Below, piece after piece: positions 1 through 8,810 of a stretch of 64,000 bases of DNA. A program made the position numbers and the translations under genes. Source of the DNA: a virus; IMG/VR virus record IMGVR_UViG_3300025892_002699; one strand, given 5' to 3'. The notes below the pieces were generated by a model, which had not been told where the DNA came from, made no database searches, and was given only the letters and a program-made list of their open reading frames with translations. How positions within the stretch are numbered: the first letter of the stretch is position 1; the number at the start of each line of letters is the position of its first letter.

Positions 1-225
1 CCAGATGGAAAAATGCATGAAGGTTTTCATGACATGGAAACACTTTTATCTAAAGGTTGTAAGAAACAAAAATTGAGAGCACACAGCGAACGATTACCAA
101 ATCGTGCTGTAAATGAATGGGCATTGAGTTTTCTACCGCAACTAGACATACAAGTTGAAGCCAAGATGAAGAATCAAGCGGCGGAAGATTTACACAATCA
201 GGCTGTTGAGTTGGGTTTAGTATAA
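1..225 (+). CDS. uvsE: UV-damage endonuclease (UvsE/UVDE family), C-terminal part; gene starts before the window
   Basis: Frame is open from base 1. Motifs RAHSE and LDIQVEAKMKNQA resemble the UVDE C-terminal RAHxD...DIMIEAKxKE pattern. Confidence 0.6.
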   Translation, partial: PDGKMHEGFHDMETLLSKGCKKQKLRAHSERLPNRAVNEWALSFLPQLDIQVEAKMKNQAAEDLHNQAVELGLV

Positions 226-227
226 CG

Positions 228-234
228 ATAAATA
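228..234 (+). promoter_or_regulatory. T4-late-like promoter ATAAATA inside a 20-bp palindrome (222-241)
   Basis: ATAAATA lies 5 nt before the ATG at 240. ATAACGATA-AA-TATCGTTAT is an inverted repeat. Confidence 0.6.
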
Positions 235-239
235 TCGTT

Positions 240-794
240 ATGAAACTAGAACACCTTACTGAATCAAAACAAAATAGAGAATCAAAACTAGAAGTGGTAA
301 AACTGCCTTTCAAAATGAAAGAACTATCACCTGTATTATCTGAAGCAAATATCGATTATCATTACAATGTATTAACCAAAGCATACGTGAGAAGATACAA
401 TGATGGTGAAGGTGATGCAGATTTTAATTACGGTGGAGCAAAACTTCACAATATGTTTTGGTTACAATTACAAGCACCTCGTCCAGGTAATAAACCAACT
501 GGTGAAATCAAAACTTTAATAGAATCAAAACACGAATCATTTGAAGCATTCAAAAAAGAATTAATTAGATCAGCAATGACCATACAAGGTTCAGGCTGGG
601 TGTATGTTGCCAAAAATGGTAACATCAAAACTACACCAAATCAATCATATAGAACAGACATTCTAATGCCTGTAGATATGTGGGAACATTCATTTTCGGA
701 TTATGTGCCTGCAAAAGATGCCAAGAAAAAATATATAGAAGGCATGATGAGAATAATTAATTGGGAGTCAATAAATTTAAGACTACAATCTTAA
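240..794 (+). CDS. sodA: Fe/Mn superoxide dismutase, Mn-type signatures
   Basis: Metal ligands DYH, LHN and DMWEH are present, plus GSGW. The GG before the second His and the PNQ motif are MnSOD-type. Confidence 0.88.
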   Translation: MKLEHLTESKQNRESKLEVVKLPFKMKELSPVLSEANIDYHYNVLTKAYVRRYNDGEGDADFNYGGAKLHNMFWLQLQAPRPGNKPTGEIKTLIESKHESFEAFKKELIRSAMTIQGSGWVYVAKNGNIKTTPNQSYRTDILMPVDMWEHSFSDYVPAKDAKKKYIEGMMRIINWESINLRLQS

Positions 795-809
795 AAAAAG
801 GAGACTAAT

Positions 810-983
810 ATGATCAATCAAGTACAAAAATGGATTAATGCCAGAATCAAAGAAAGAACAACACTAGATGGTGCTCTTTTAATTGCGGCAGGAATTTCAT
901 TCTTAATATTCAAACCTATTGCTTCGATTGTTGCTTATGCGGCAATTGTGTATGGTGGTTGGACTATTTGGAAATCAGAATAA
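810..983 (+). CDS. Small membrane protein (57 aa), not in the ORF track
   Basis: AGGAG SD, ATG at 810, TAA at 981-983. MINQVQKWINARIKERTTLDGALLIAAGISFLIF... has two hydrophobic segments. Confidence 0.7.
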   Translation: MINQVQKWINARIKERTTLDGALLIAAGISFLIFKPIASIVAYAAIVYGGWTIWKSE

Positions 984-1271
984 TCACAATTTACTGATAG
1001 GAATATCGCTGGATGCATTCATGCCCAAAACCTGTCTTTGTTTTACACCTTGTTGTTGAGCAAAACGTTTTGGGTCGCATTCAGAACACACGTGTTTATA
1101 AAAAGTAGATAGACGCTTTTTTTCAACTTTGCCTTTGGCTCTTTTAAATTCTTTCTCACACGCATCACATTTGAAGACATGAAACGTTTTAGTGCGTTTG
1201 CATTGGTGTTTCACACCTAGTTTGCTCACACGTTCTGTCTTTGATTCTACTGTTTTTTCACCTAAATACAT
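984..1271 (-). CDS. Zinc-ribbon protein
   Basis: CDAC and CSEC pairs. It has its own GTAAATA motif 5 nt upstream on the minus strand. Confidence 0.7.
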   Translation of the reverse strand: MYLGEKTVESKTERVSKLGVKHQCKRTKTFHVFKCDACEKEFKRAKGKVEKKRLSTFYKHVCSECDPKRFAQQQGVKQRQVLGMNASSDIPISKL

Positions 1272-1276
1272 ATAGG

Positions 1277-1283
1277 TATTTAC
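1277..1283 (-). promoter_or_regulatory. Late-type promoter GTAAATA, divergent from the one at 1305
   Basis: The plus strand reads tatttac, 5 nt from the start codon at 1271. Confidence 0.5.
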
Positions 1284-1304
1284 ATTAGCATTTATAAAAT
1301 TTCC

Positions 1305-1311
1305 ATAAATA
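1305..1311 (+). promoter_or_regulatory. Late-type promoter ATAAATA heading iscA and the tail block
   Basis: Intergenic motif matching T4 late TATAAATA apart from the first base. Confidence 0.6.
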
Positions 1312-1333
1312 CAACAAACGACAACATTACATT

Positions 1334-1684
1334 ATGGCTATTTTAACACTGACGAGCACTGCACAAACACAGATTAAAGCATTGTGCGAAAAAAACAGCA
1401 AGTATGCTGTAAGATTGGGTATTAAAGGCGGTGGATGTGCTGGTTTTTCCTATGATTGGAGTTTTGCTGATCAATCTCAAATTGAATCAGGAGACGAACT
1501 GATCGAAGTAGATGGTGGAAAATTAGTGGTAGATACCAGTAGTGTGATGTTCTTGTTTGGAACTGAAATTGATTACGTCGACGAAGTATTTGGTTCACAG
1601 TTTCAAATCAACAATCCAAACACCAAGAGTGCTTGTGGTTGTGGAGAAAGTATTCAATTTGATATGGATAGGGTAAATGGCTAA
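1334..1684 (+). CDS. iscA: A-type Fe-S cluster carrier (IscA/ErpA/HesB)
   Basis: GGGCAGFSY and CGCGES motifs. Confidence 0.93.
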   Translation: MAILTLTSTAQTQIKALCEKNSKYAVRLGIKGGGCAGFSYDWSFADQSQIESGDELIEVDGGKLVVDTSSVMFLFGTEIDYVDEVFGSQFQINNPNTKSACGCGESIQFDMDRVNG

Positions 1685-4600
1685 ACAGTTTATTAATATT
1701 GGTATAGAAGGGAACGATGGTACAGGTGATAGTATCAGAGATGCGTTCAATAAATCCAATGAAAATTTTACAGAATTATATGCTGTATTTGGACAAGGTG
1801 GACAGATAGGTTTCACTTCATTAAGTGATACACCTGATACATTAGGTGCAGATAAAATTCCTGTAACCAATTCAGCAGGAACTGCCATCACAATGAAAGG
1901 AATTGCTGGAACAGGTATTTCAGTAGATTTCACAGATCCTAACAATCTTTTATTAACAGTTGATTCTATCAATTTATCAACTGACACAACACCCGACTTG
2001 GGTGGTCCATTAAATGCCAACACATATGCTATCGGTAACGTAGGCATTAATCAAACAGTGGTAGATGATTTCAACAGTGCCCATGGCACAAACATCACTC
2101 AAGATGATTTAGTTATTGATAAAGGATATGCTGACAGAAGATATTTAAGAAGTTCAGGTGTCGGTGGTGTTGCTGGTGAAGTTAGAGTTCGTACAGAACC
2201 TTCTGATGCAACAGAATACACAAAAACAATTTCAGCATATGTAAGTGGAAATTTAAATATTCCATCACACGGATTCTCAACAACATCGAATGGCTTACCG
2301 TTTGTTTATAATTCTACAGGAACAGATGCCAACAATGTTACAAGTGGACAAAATTATTATATTAGATATGTTGATGCAAACACAATTTCTTTGCACACAT
2401 CATCAGCAGAAGCAACCAACGACAATGATGCAACAAGAATCACAATCACAGTGTCAGGTGGAACCGGTGTTCAAACAGTAACTGACGGAGCATACAACAG
2501 TTCACTTTCAGGAAATTATCTTTCAACAGAAGCAATACAGAGAACATCAGCAGTAAGACGTCAAGGTGACACCATGACAGGATCTCTTTTCCTAAATGAT
2601 CATCCAGGAGATTTAGCAGGAACAGGAACTCCAAATGGTGCTGACGATTTACAAGCGGCTTCTAAATTTTATGTTGACACAACATCATATGCTTCTACAA
2701 CAAATTTATTTGTGAGTCAAGATGGTGATGACACTATGTCAGGAGTACCTGCTGACAAATATGGTAGATCATTAGCATATGCTTATAAAACTATTTCCAA
2801 AGCGGCTCAAAGAGCAGAACAAATTATTGACACGGCTCCATTTGAAACAGGACCATACACTCAGGTAATAACCTACAACAATGGTGCTAGTAATTCAGCA
2901 GTTGTCACAGCAGGAATAACAACGCCATCAGGACAAACACAATTAGAATCTTTAATGGCATCCAACAGACAGTTTATTATTAAAGAAACTATTGCTTACA
3001 TAAATGCCACGTATCCAAATTTTTCATATGATACAACATTGTGTGAAAGAGATTTAGGATTAATTGCTGATGCTGTGGTGCTTGACGTTACAAGTGGTTT
3101 AACAGCAAATCAACAATCTATCCAAGCAGGAAAAAGATATTACAACAGCAACAGTGGACTAAAAGCAATCAATCAACAAGCAACTGAAACATTAGCATCA
3201 ATCACATTTGCTCAAAATTTAGTGGTTAATTTTGTATTGACCAACACAGCACCTGGTACTTTGTATCAGACTGATGTTGCACAAACAATTGATCTAACTA
3301 AAGTGGTTCCTCAATCAGGTAAAGATTCTGCCAATGCAAAATTTATCATTATAAAAGGAATAATACAAGATTACAATTACATAGTGACACAGGTGGATGG
3401 AAGCACATACACCATAACAATTTCAAATGGTAATACAGGATTTGTAGATCAAAATCAACCAAACAACAAAGACTTGGTTCCAGGAAAAATTATCGTAGGT
3501 AAAACTTCAGGAGCAAAAGGAGAAATAGTTTCAATCACAGCAGGTGGAACCAATGACACTGTGCAGATATTTTTAAGAGAGCCAATTAATTTCACCGTTG
3601 GTGAAGAAATGGAATTTGGTAACAAAGTTAAAAACAAACAGATCACAATCAGAGTAGAATCAGGAATTTATGATGAACATTTACCAATTAAGATTCCAGC
3701 AAACGTTTCAATAAAAGGAGACGAATTTAGAAGAACTATAATCAGACCATTGGATGGTATTTCACAATCTCCATGGGCCAATGTTTATTTCTTTAGAAAC
3801 ACAACTTTTGACAGTTTAACAATTGGCACACAAGAATACGGATATCATTATGCAGACGATGTAACAAAACCAATCAACACAACAGTTCCAAGCAATGACC
3901 CTGCATACAACACAGCCATAAACAATAGTGAAATGGATGTGTTCTTAATGAACGATGCTTCTGTTGTTAGAAATATTACTTTCCAAGCACATGGTGGTTT
4001 TGCTGAAGTTCTAGATCCAAATGGTCAAGTGCTTACAAAATCTCCATACACACAAACAGGATCTTCTTTTTCACAGAGTGCAAACACTAAAAAATTCAGA
4101 GGTGGTATGTATGTTGATGGTTACGCAGGTAACGTACAAACAGCAGTCACAGGAGTTACCAATGCATTCAACCTTCAAGTTTCATCGGCGGCTGGCACTG
4201 GATTATTTTTACGTAAACCACAAACACCTTGTCCATTCTACATACTGGGAGCAAGATATCAAGTTGCGGCAATCACAGATTACGATCAAAGTGCTGGAAC
4301 AGCCACATTGTTATTAGCACCTGGTTCTAATGCAGGCAACGGTTGGGACGGAACTTATGCAACACCTTACAACATAATAATTCAAACAGCAGGTAATAGA
4401 TCATTACTTGCCAATGACTTTGTACAGATAAATGATTTAGCATATGGACTTGTTGCTACCAATGGTGGCTTATCAGAACAGGTATCCACTTTCACATACT
4501 ACACTCACATTGCCATGTATGCAAACAACGGTGGACAAATTCGTGCATTGAATTGTTCTTCTGCACACGGTGATTACGGATTAGTTGCTGAAGGTTCTAA

Positions 4601-7600
4601 TCCTAATGAAAAAATTGACGCCATCACATTGGCAAACAACATGACTCAACAAGCAATGGTGTTTGATGATGGATCTACAGATTATGATCAACCACTTTTA
4701 GGCACAGCAGTTTATGTGTATGATGTGGATTACATTCCGTATCAACAATCAGAGATAGAAATTGATCATGGTGGATCAATAGGTATTGTGAGATATGAAG
4801 TTACAAATATTGAAACAACCACAGCACCTTCACAACCAGCCACAAGAGATGGCACAGTTTACAAAATTAATTTGGGAACAGGTGGTTCAAATTTAACTTC
4901 AACAACAGGACTTAAAGCACCTCTTGTTGATGGAATGACAGTGATCATAAGATCCAGCAGAACATTTAGATTTAATGATTTAGAAGACGTTTCACCTACA
5001 AGACCTTCCACAGCAATTGTGTTTGATGAATACACTGCGGCTGTTTACAGAAGTGTATCTTTCCAAAGCAATGACCCAGTTGGAATTCCTTTACCATCGG
5101 GTGCGGCAATTATAGGAATTGATGCACCATACGACACTGTAAAAATGAATGTAAACATGGATGAAGTCGTCAACAACACATATGCAGGATCAGGTACCAC
5201 AATGGGTGACACTGCTGGTGATGTTGTGATTGCTATCGACTTAGTAACACAACAATCAGACATTGATAGAATTAATGCTGGTGACATGATATTTGGTTGG
5301 GATGGAAAAGTTCACAGAGTTACAGGTTACACAGACAGAGTCACATATGCCACAATCACAATTCAAGATGTGAGTGACATCAATGCCACTCCAATAGGAA
5401 CAGGTCTACACAGTTCTATGTACAGAGCAGGTGCGTCTGTAAATTTAAGAGCAAACCTGGCGGCATTGGAAACAGGAACTTTGACTGTGTCCATTTCAAC
5501 TTGTAGAGCCACTGGACACGATTTCTTAGATATTGGAACAGGTGGGTTCAACACAACAAACTATCCTAATGTGGTATTTGGTGATCCACAAGCACCAGTA
5601 CAAGCACAAGAAGTTGATGAACGTGGAAAAGGAAGAGTGTTTTATGTTTCAACTGACCAAGACGGATTCTTTAGAGTAGGTAAATTTTTCACAGTTGACC
5701 AAGGTACAGGAAGTGTAACATTCTCGGCATCAATTGCATTGAGTAATTTGGATGGTATTGGATTTAAACGTGGTGTTGTTGTTGCAGAATTTTCATCTGA
5801 CACAGCAATGACTGACAATGCTTCTGACACAGTGCCAACTGAATCTGCTGTTAGAGGATACACAAACAGAAGATTGCATTTTGATCAACAAGGTCAATTG
5901 GTAACCAATCCAATTGGTCCAGGTGTTGTGGCAAGAGATGGTTCTACTCCATTCACAGACAACATTGGTGCAGGTGGATATAAAATTACAAATTTACAAG
6001 ATCCTAGTCAGGATCAAGATGCGGCAACAAAATCATATGTTGACCAAGTCAACTACGACACAGATGAATTAATAGACAATAGAGATGTAAACATTTCAAC
6101 TCCAATATCATCAGGACAAATGTTGGTATTCAATGGAGCAAAAAGAATTTACACATCACCAGCAGACGGTGGACAATTTGCAGGAGGGAACACAATCACT
6201 GGAAGCAATTCAGGGGCAACAGCGGTTATCTATGATTTAATTCAAGAAACAGTTCCAGGATATGGATTGGCCACAAGAATCTCATACAATCAAACTTCTG
6301 TTGCAGATTTCAATCTTAATGATTTAATAGATAATGGTGCAGGTGTTACAGCCAATGTAATTGATAGAGGCATTGATGAAATAGGTAATGGAATTTTAGA
6401 TGCTGGCTCTGACATAACTGTTACTGCTTCAAGAACGAATTCACAAACAACAATCAACTATCAAATTAACGCAGGAACAATTATAAATGCAGATGTATCG
6501 GCAACTGCCGCAATCAGTCAAAGTAAATTGGCAATGCAGGCGGCAACCACAAGAGCCAATGACACAGGAATTACACAGGCAGATTTAGGATTAGTAAGTT
6601 TTGATTCAGGAGACTTCACAGTAACAAATGGTTGGGTAACACTGAAAAGTGCCTCAGTTGATTTTGCTGATTTACCTGAATTAGATAACGCATTCGCATT
6701 TGGTAGATCCACAGCAGGAACAGGTGCACCAGAGGCAGTTTCATTTTCAACAATAGTTGGAACAGGTGGTGGACTAGAAGATGGAGATTTTGTTAGTGAA
6801 ATAGGAGCGGCGGCTGATCCAGGCAATGCACTGATTAAAACAGGTGTCAACACTTATGCATACACCAATGTTTCTAGCACAGGTGAAGCAAACAGTATCA
6901 CAAAAACTGATGCCGCAGGACAATTAGATGTCAGTTCATTGGCAATAGACGGCAATTTAGTTTTTGATATTGACAGTTCAACTTTAGAAGTTACAACTCC
7001 AGGTGGAGTCACAGTTTACACAGCAATTGGATCTGCATCAGCAAACACAGTACAGACTTTCACAGGAAACGAATTTGGATTTGGTGGAGCAAGTGCGGCA
7101 ACATCACCAAGCAACAACAATGGAGCAAATCAAAACACAGATCCTGCGTTGGCTTCAACTTATATCTACACAAAATTTATTGAATCACAAGGTAAAGGTG
7201 CTAACTTTACAGGACTAGCATTAGGAAATGATAATCCATACATTGTGGGACTAGACGAATCTTCAGAAGGTCAAGTGGCTTTTGTGGCAGATGGTGTGGT
7301 TCCAGTAATTGCAACACCACAAGGTTTAATACCTGGTGATGACAACATGGATATTGGTTCATCATCCGGCAAACGATACAAAACTGTGTATGCAGAAACA
7401 TTTGATGGTATTGCCACTAAGGCTCAATATGCTGACTTGGCTGAGAATTATCTTGCAGACAACACTTATGATGTTGGTACAGTTTTAATATTTGGTGGAG
7501 ATGCAGAAGTTTCCACAACAACATTGAAAAACGACACAAGAGTTGCTGGAGTTGTTTCAGACAAACCGGCATACTTGATGAACAGTAAATTACACGGCGA

Positions 7601-7808
7601 TCATGTGACAGCAGTTGCATTAACTGGAAGAACCACTGTGAAGGTCATAGGCATAATAGAAAAAGGTGACCTTTTGGTTAGTTCAACAACACCAGGTTAT
7701 GCAAGAAGAAACAATGATGCATCAACAGGAACAGTGATCGGTAAAGCACTGCAAAGAAAAGTGACTGCAGGTGCAGGCATAATTGAAGCAGTGGTAGGGA
7801 GAGTATAA
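1677..7808 (+). CDS. Giant baseplate/tail-fibre protein (2043 aa)
   Basis: N-terminal INIGxxxNDGTGDxxRxAF motif (T4 gp9/gp10-like), Thr/Gly/Asn-rich beta segments, and a C-terminal AQYADLAE...VGTVL domain resembling autocleaving chaperone domains. Confidence 0.8.
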   Translation: MAKQFINIGIEGNDGTGDSIRDAFNKSNENFTELYAVFGQGGQIGFTSLSDTPDTLGADKIPVTNSAGTAITMKGIAGTGISVDFTDPNNLLLTVDSINLSTDTTPDLGGPLNANTYAIGNVGINQTVVDDFNSAHGTNITQDDLVIDKGYADRRYLRSSGVGGVAGEVRVRTEPSDATEYTKTISAYVSGNLNIPSHGFSTTSNGLPFVYNSTGTDANNVTSGQNYYIRYVDANTISLHTSSAEATNDNDATRITITVSGGTGVQTVTDGAYNSSLSGNYLSTEAIQRTSAVRRQGDTMTGSLFLNDHPGDLAGTGTPNGADDLQAASKFYVDTTSYASTTNLFVSQDGDDTMSGVPADKYGRSLAYAYKTISKAAQRAEQIIDTAPFETGPYTQVITYNNGASNSAVVTAGITTPSGQTQLESLMASNRQFIIKETIAYINATYPNFSYDTTLCERDLGLIADAVVLDVTSGLTANQQSIQAGKRYYNSNSGLKAINQQATETLASITFAQNLVVNFVLTNTAPGTLYQTDVAQTIDLTKVVPQSGKDSANAKFIIIKGIIQDYNYIVTQVDGSTYTITISNGNTGFVDQNQPNNKDLVPGKIIVGKTSGAKGEIVSITAGGTNDTVQIFLREPINFTVGEEMEFGNKVKNKQITIRVESGIYDEHLPIKIPANVSIKGDEFRRTIIRPLDGISQSPWANVYFFRNTTFDSLTIGTQEYGYHYADDVTKPINTTVPSNDPAYNTAINNSEMDVFLMNDASVVRNITFQAHGGFAEVLDPNGQVLTKSPYTQTGSSFSQSANTKKFRGGMYVDGYAGNVQTAVTGVTNAFNLQVSSAAGTGLFLRKPQTPCPFYILGARYQVAAITDYDQSAGTATLLLAPGSNAGNGWDGTYATPYNIIIQTAGNRSLLANDFVQINDLAYGLVATNGGLSEQVSTFTYYTHIAMYANNGGQIRALNCSSAHGDYGLVAEGSNPNEKIDAITLANNMTQQAMVFDDGSTDYDQPLLGTAVYVYDVDYIPYQQSEIEIDHGGSIGIVRYEVTNIETTTAPSQPATRDGTVYKINLGTGGSNLTSTTGLKAPLVDGMTVIIRSSRTFRFNDLEDVSPTRPSTAIVFDEYTAAVYRSVSFQSNDPVGIPLPSGAAIIGIDAPYDTVKMNVNMDEVVNNTYAGSGTTMGDTAGDVVIAIDLVTQQSDIDRINAGDMIFGWDGKVHRVTGYTDRVTYATITIQDVSDINATPIGTGLHSSMYRAGASVNLRANLAALETGTLTVSISTCRATGHDFLDIGTGGFNTTNYPNVVFGDPQAPVQAQEVDERGKGRVFYVSTDQDGFFRVGKFFTVDQGTGSVTFSASIALSNLDGIGFKRGVVVAEFSSDTAMTDNASDTVPTESAVRGYTNRRLHFDQQGQLVTNPIGPGVVARDGSTPFTDNIGAGGYKITNLQDPSQDQDAATKSYVDQVNYDTDELIDNRDVNISTPISSGQMLVFNGAKRIYTSPADGGQFAGGNTITGSNSGATAVIYDLIQETVPGYGLATRISYNQTSVADFNLNDLIDNGAGVTANVIDRGIDEIGNGILDAGSDITVTASRTNSQTTINYQINAGTIINADVSATAAISQSKLAMQAATTRANDTGITQADLGLVSFDSGDFTVTNGWVTLKSASVDFADLPELDNAFAFGRSTAGTGAPEAVSFSTIVGTGGGLEDGDFVSEIGAAADPGNALIKTGVNTYAYTNVSSTGEANSITKTDAAGQLDVSSLAIDGNLVFDIDSSTLEVTTPGGVTVYTAIGSASANTVQTFTGNEFGFGGASAATSPSNNNGANQNTDPALASTYIYTKFIESQGKGANFTGLALGNDNPYIVGLDESSEGQVAFVADGVVPVIATPQGLIPGDDNMDIGSSSGKRYKTVYAETFDGIATKAQYADLAENYLADNTYDVGTVLIFGGDAEVSTTTLKNDTRVAGVVSDKPAYLMNSKLHGDHVTAVALTGRTTVKVIGIIEKGDLLVSSTTPGYARRNNDASTGTVIGKALQRKVTAGAGIIEAVVGRV

Positions 7809-8800
7809 TGGCTATTCAAACAATAAACATTGGAACAAGTGCAAACAAAGGTGATGGTGATCCTTTAAGAACAGCATTTAAAAAAATCAACGATAACTTT
7901 GCAGAACTTGATGTAACCAACACAAGAAGAGATGTAGTAGGCAGTGTGTTTGGAGATGATTCAACACTGCTAGTAGATGCTGTTAACAGTTTAATACCAA
8001 GTTCGGTGTTATCTGGTAACTTACCAGCATTAGATGGTTCAGCATTAACAAACTTAACTATTCCGGCACAGACGTTTGCTTCACTTACAAGTAAACCAAC
8101 AACAGTGTCAGGATATGGTATAACAGATGCACTGGCAATACCTGGTGATAGTATTGCATTAGGAACATCATCTTCTGCAGGTGCAGAAGCAGTCGCAATA
8201 GGTAAAGGAACAGCCGGTGTTGGTGATTATGCACAAGCAATAGGTAATAATGCAGGTAACTCAGGACAAGGAGTAGCCGCAGTAGCATTAGGTAGTCAAG
8301 CAGGGGAAACCAGTCAAGGTACAAAAGCAATAGCCGTAGGTCAGTATGCAGGTCAAACAAGTCAAGGATCAAAGTCAGTAGCCATTGGTGATGCGGCAGG
8401 TAATGCAACTCAAGGTGCAGGTGCAATAGCCGTTGGATCCGAGGCAGGTGGAGTAGTTCAAGGTGCAAGTTCAGTAGCACTTGGTAAATCAGCAGGTTAT
8501 GACAATCAAGGTGACAACGCAGTGGCAGTTGGGTACGGCGCAGGTCAAACTAACCAAGCGGCAAACTCAATTGTAATTAATGCTTCAGGTATTGCATTAC
8601 AAAATACCACAGCAAGTAGTTTAGTAATTAAACCAATTAGAAATGCTACAATGACAACCATACTTGGTTACGATGCAACTTCAGGGGAAGTTACGCACAA
8701 TGCGGCTATACCAGGTTACATTAATATAGCAGATTTAAAAACAGAGGTAGCGGCAAGTGCCGACTTTGCTGACTTCAAAACAAGAATAGCGGCATTATAA
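7808..8800 (+). CDS. Tail fibre/adhesin with 14-aa QGxxAVAIGxxAG repeats
   Basis: Same N-terminal attachment motif as the gene at 1677. About 8-10 YadA-head-like repeats. Confidence 0.75.
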   Translation: MAIQTINIGTSANKGDGDPLRTAFKKINDNFAELDVTNTRRDVVGSVFGDDSTLLVDAVNSLIPSSVLSGNLPALDGSALTNLTIPAQTFASLTSKPTTVSGYGITDALAIPGDSIALGTSSSAGAEAVAIGKGTAGVGDYAQAIGNNAGNSGQGVAAVALGSQAGETSQGTKAIAVGQYAGQTSQGSKSVAIGDAAGNATQGAGAIAVGSEAGGVVQGASSVALGKSAGYDNQGDNAVAVGYGAGQTNQAANSIVINASGIALQNTTASSLVIKPIRNATMTTILGYDATSGEVTHNAAIPGYINIADLKTEVAASADFADFKTRIAAL

Positions 8801-8810
8801 GGATAAAGAT

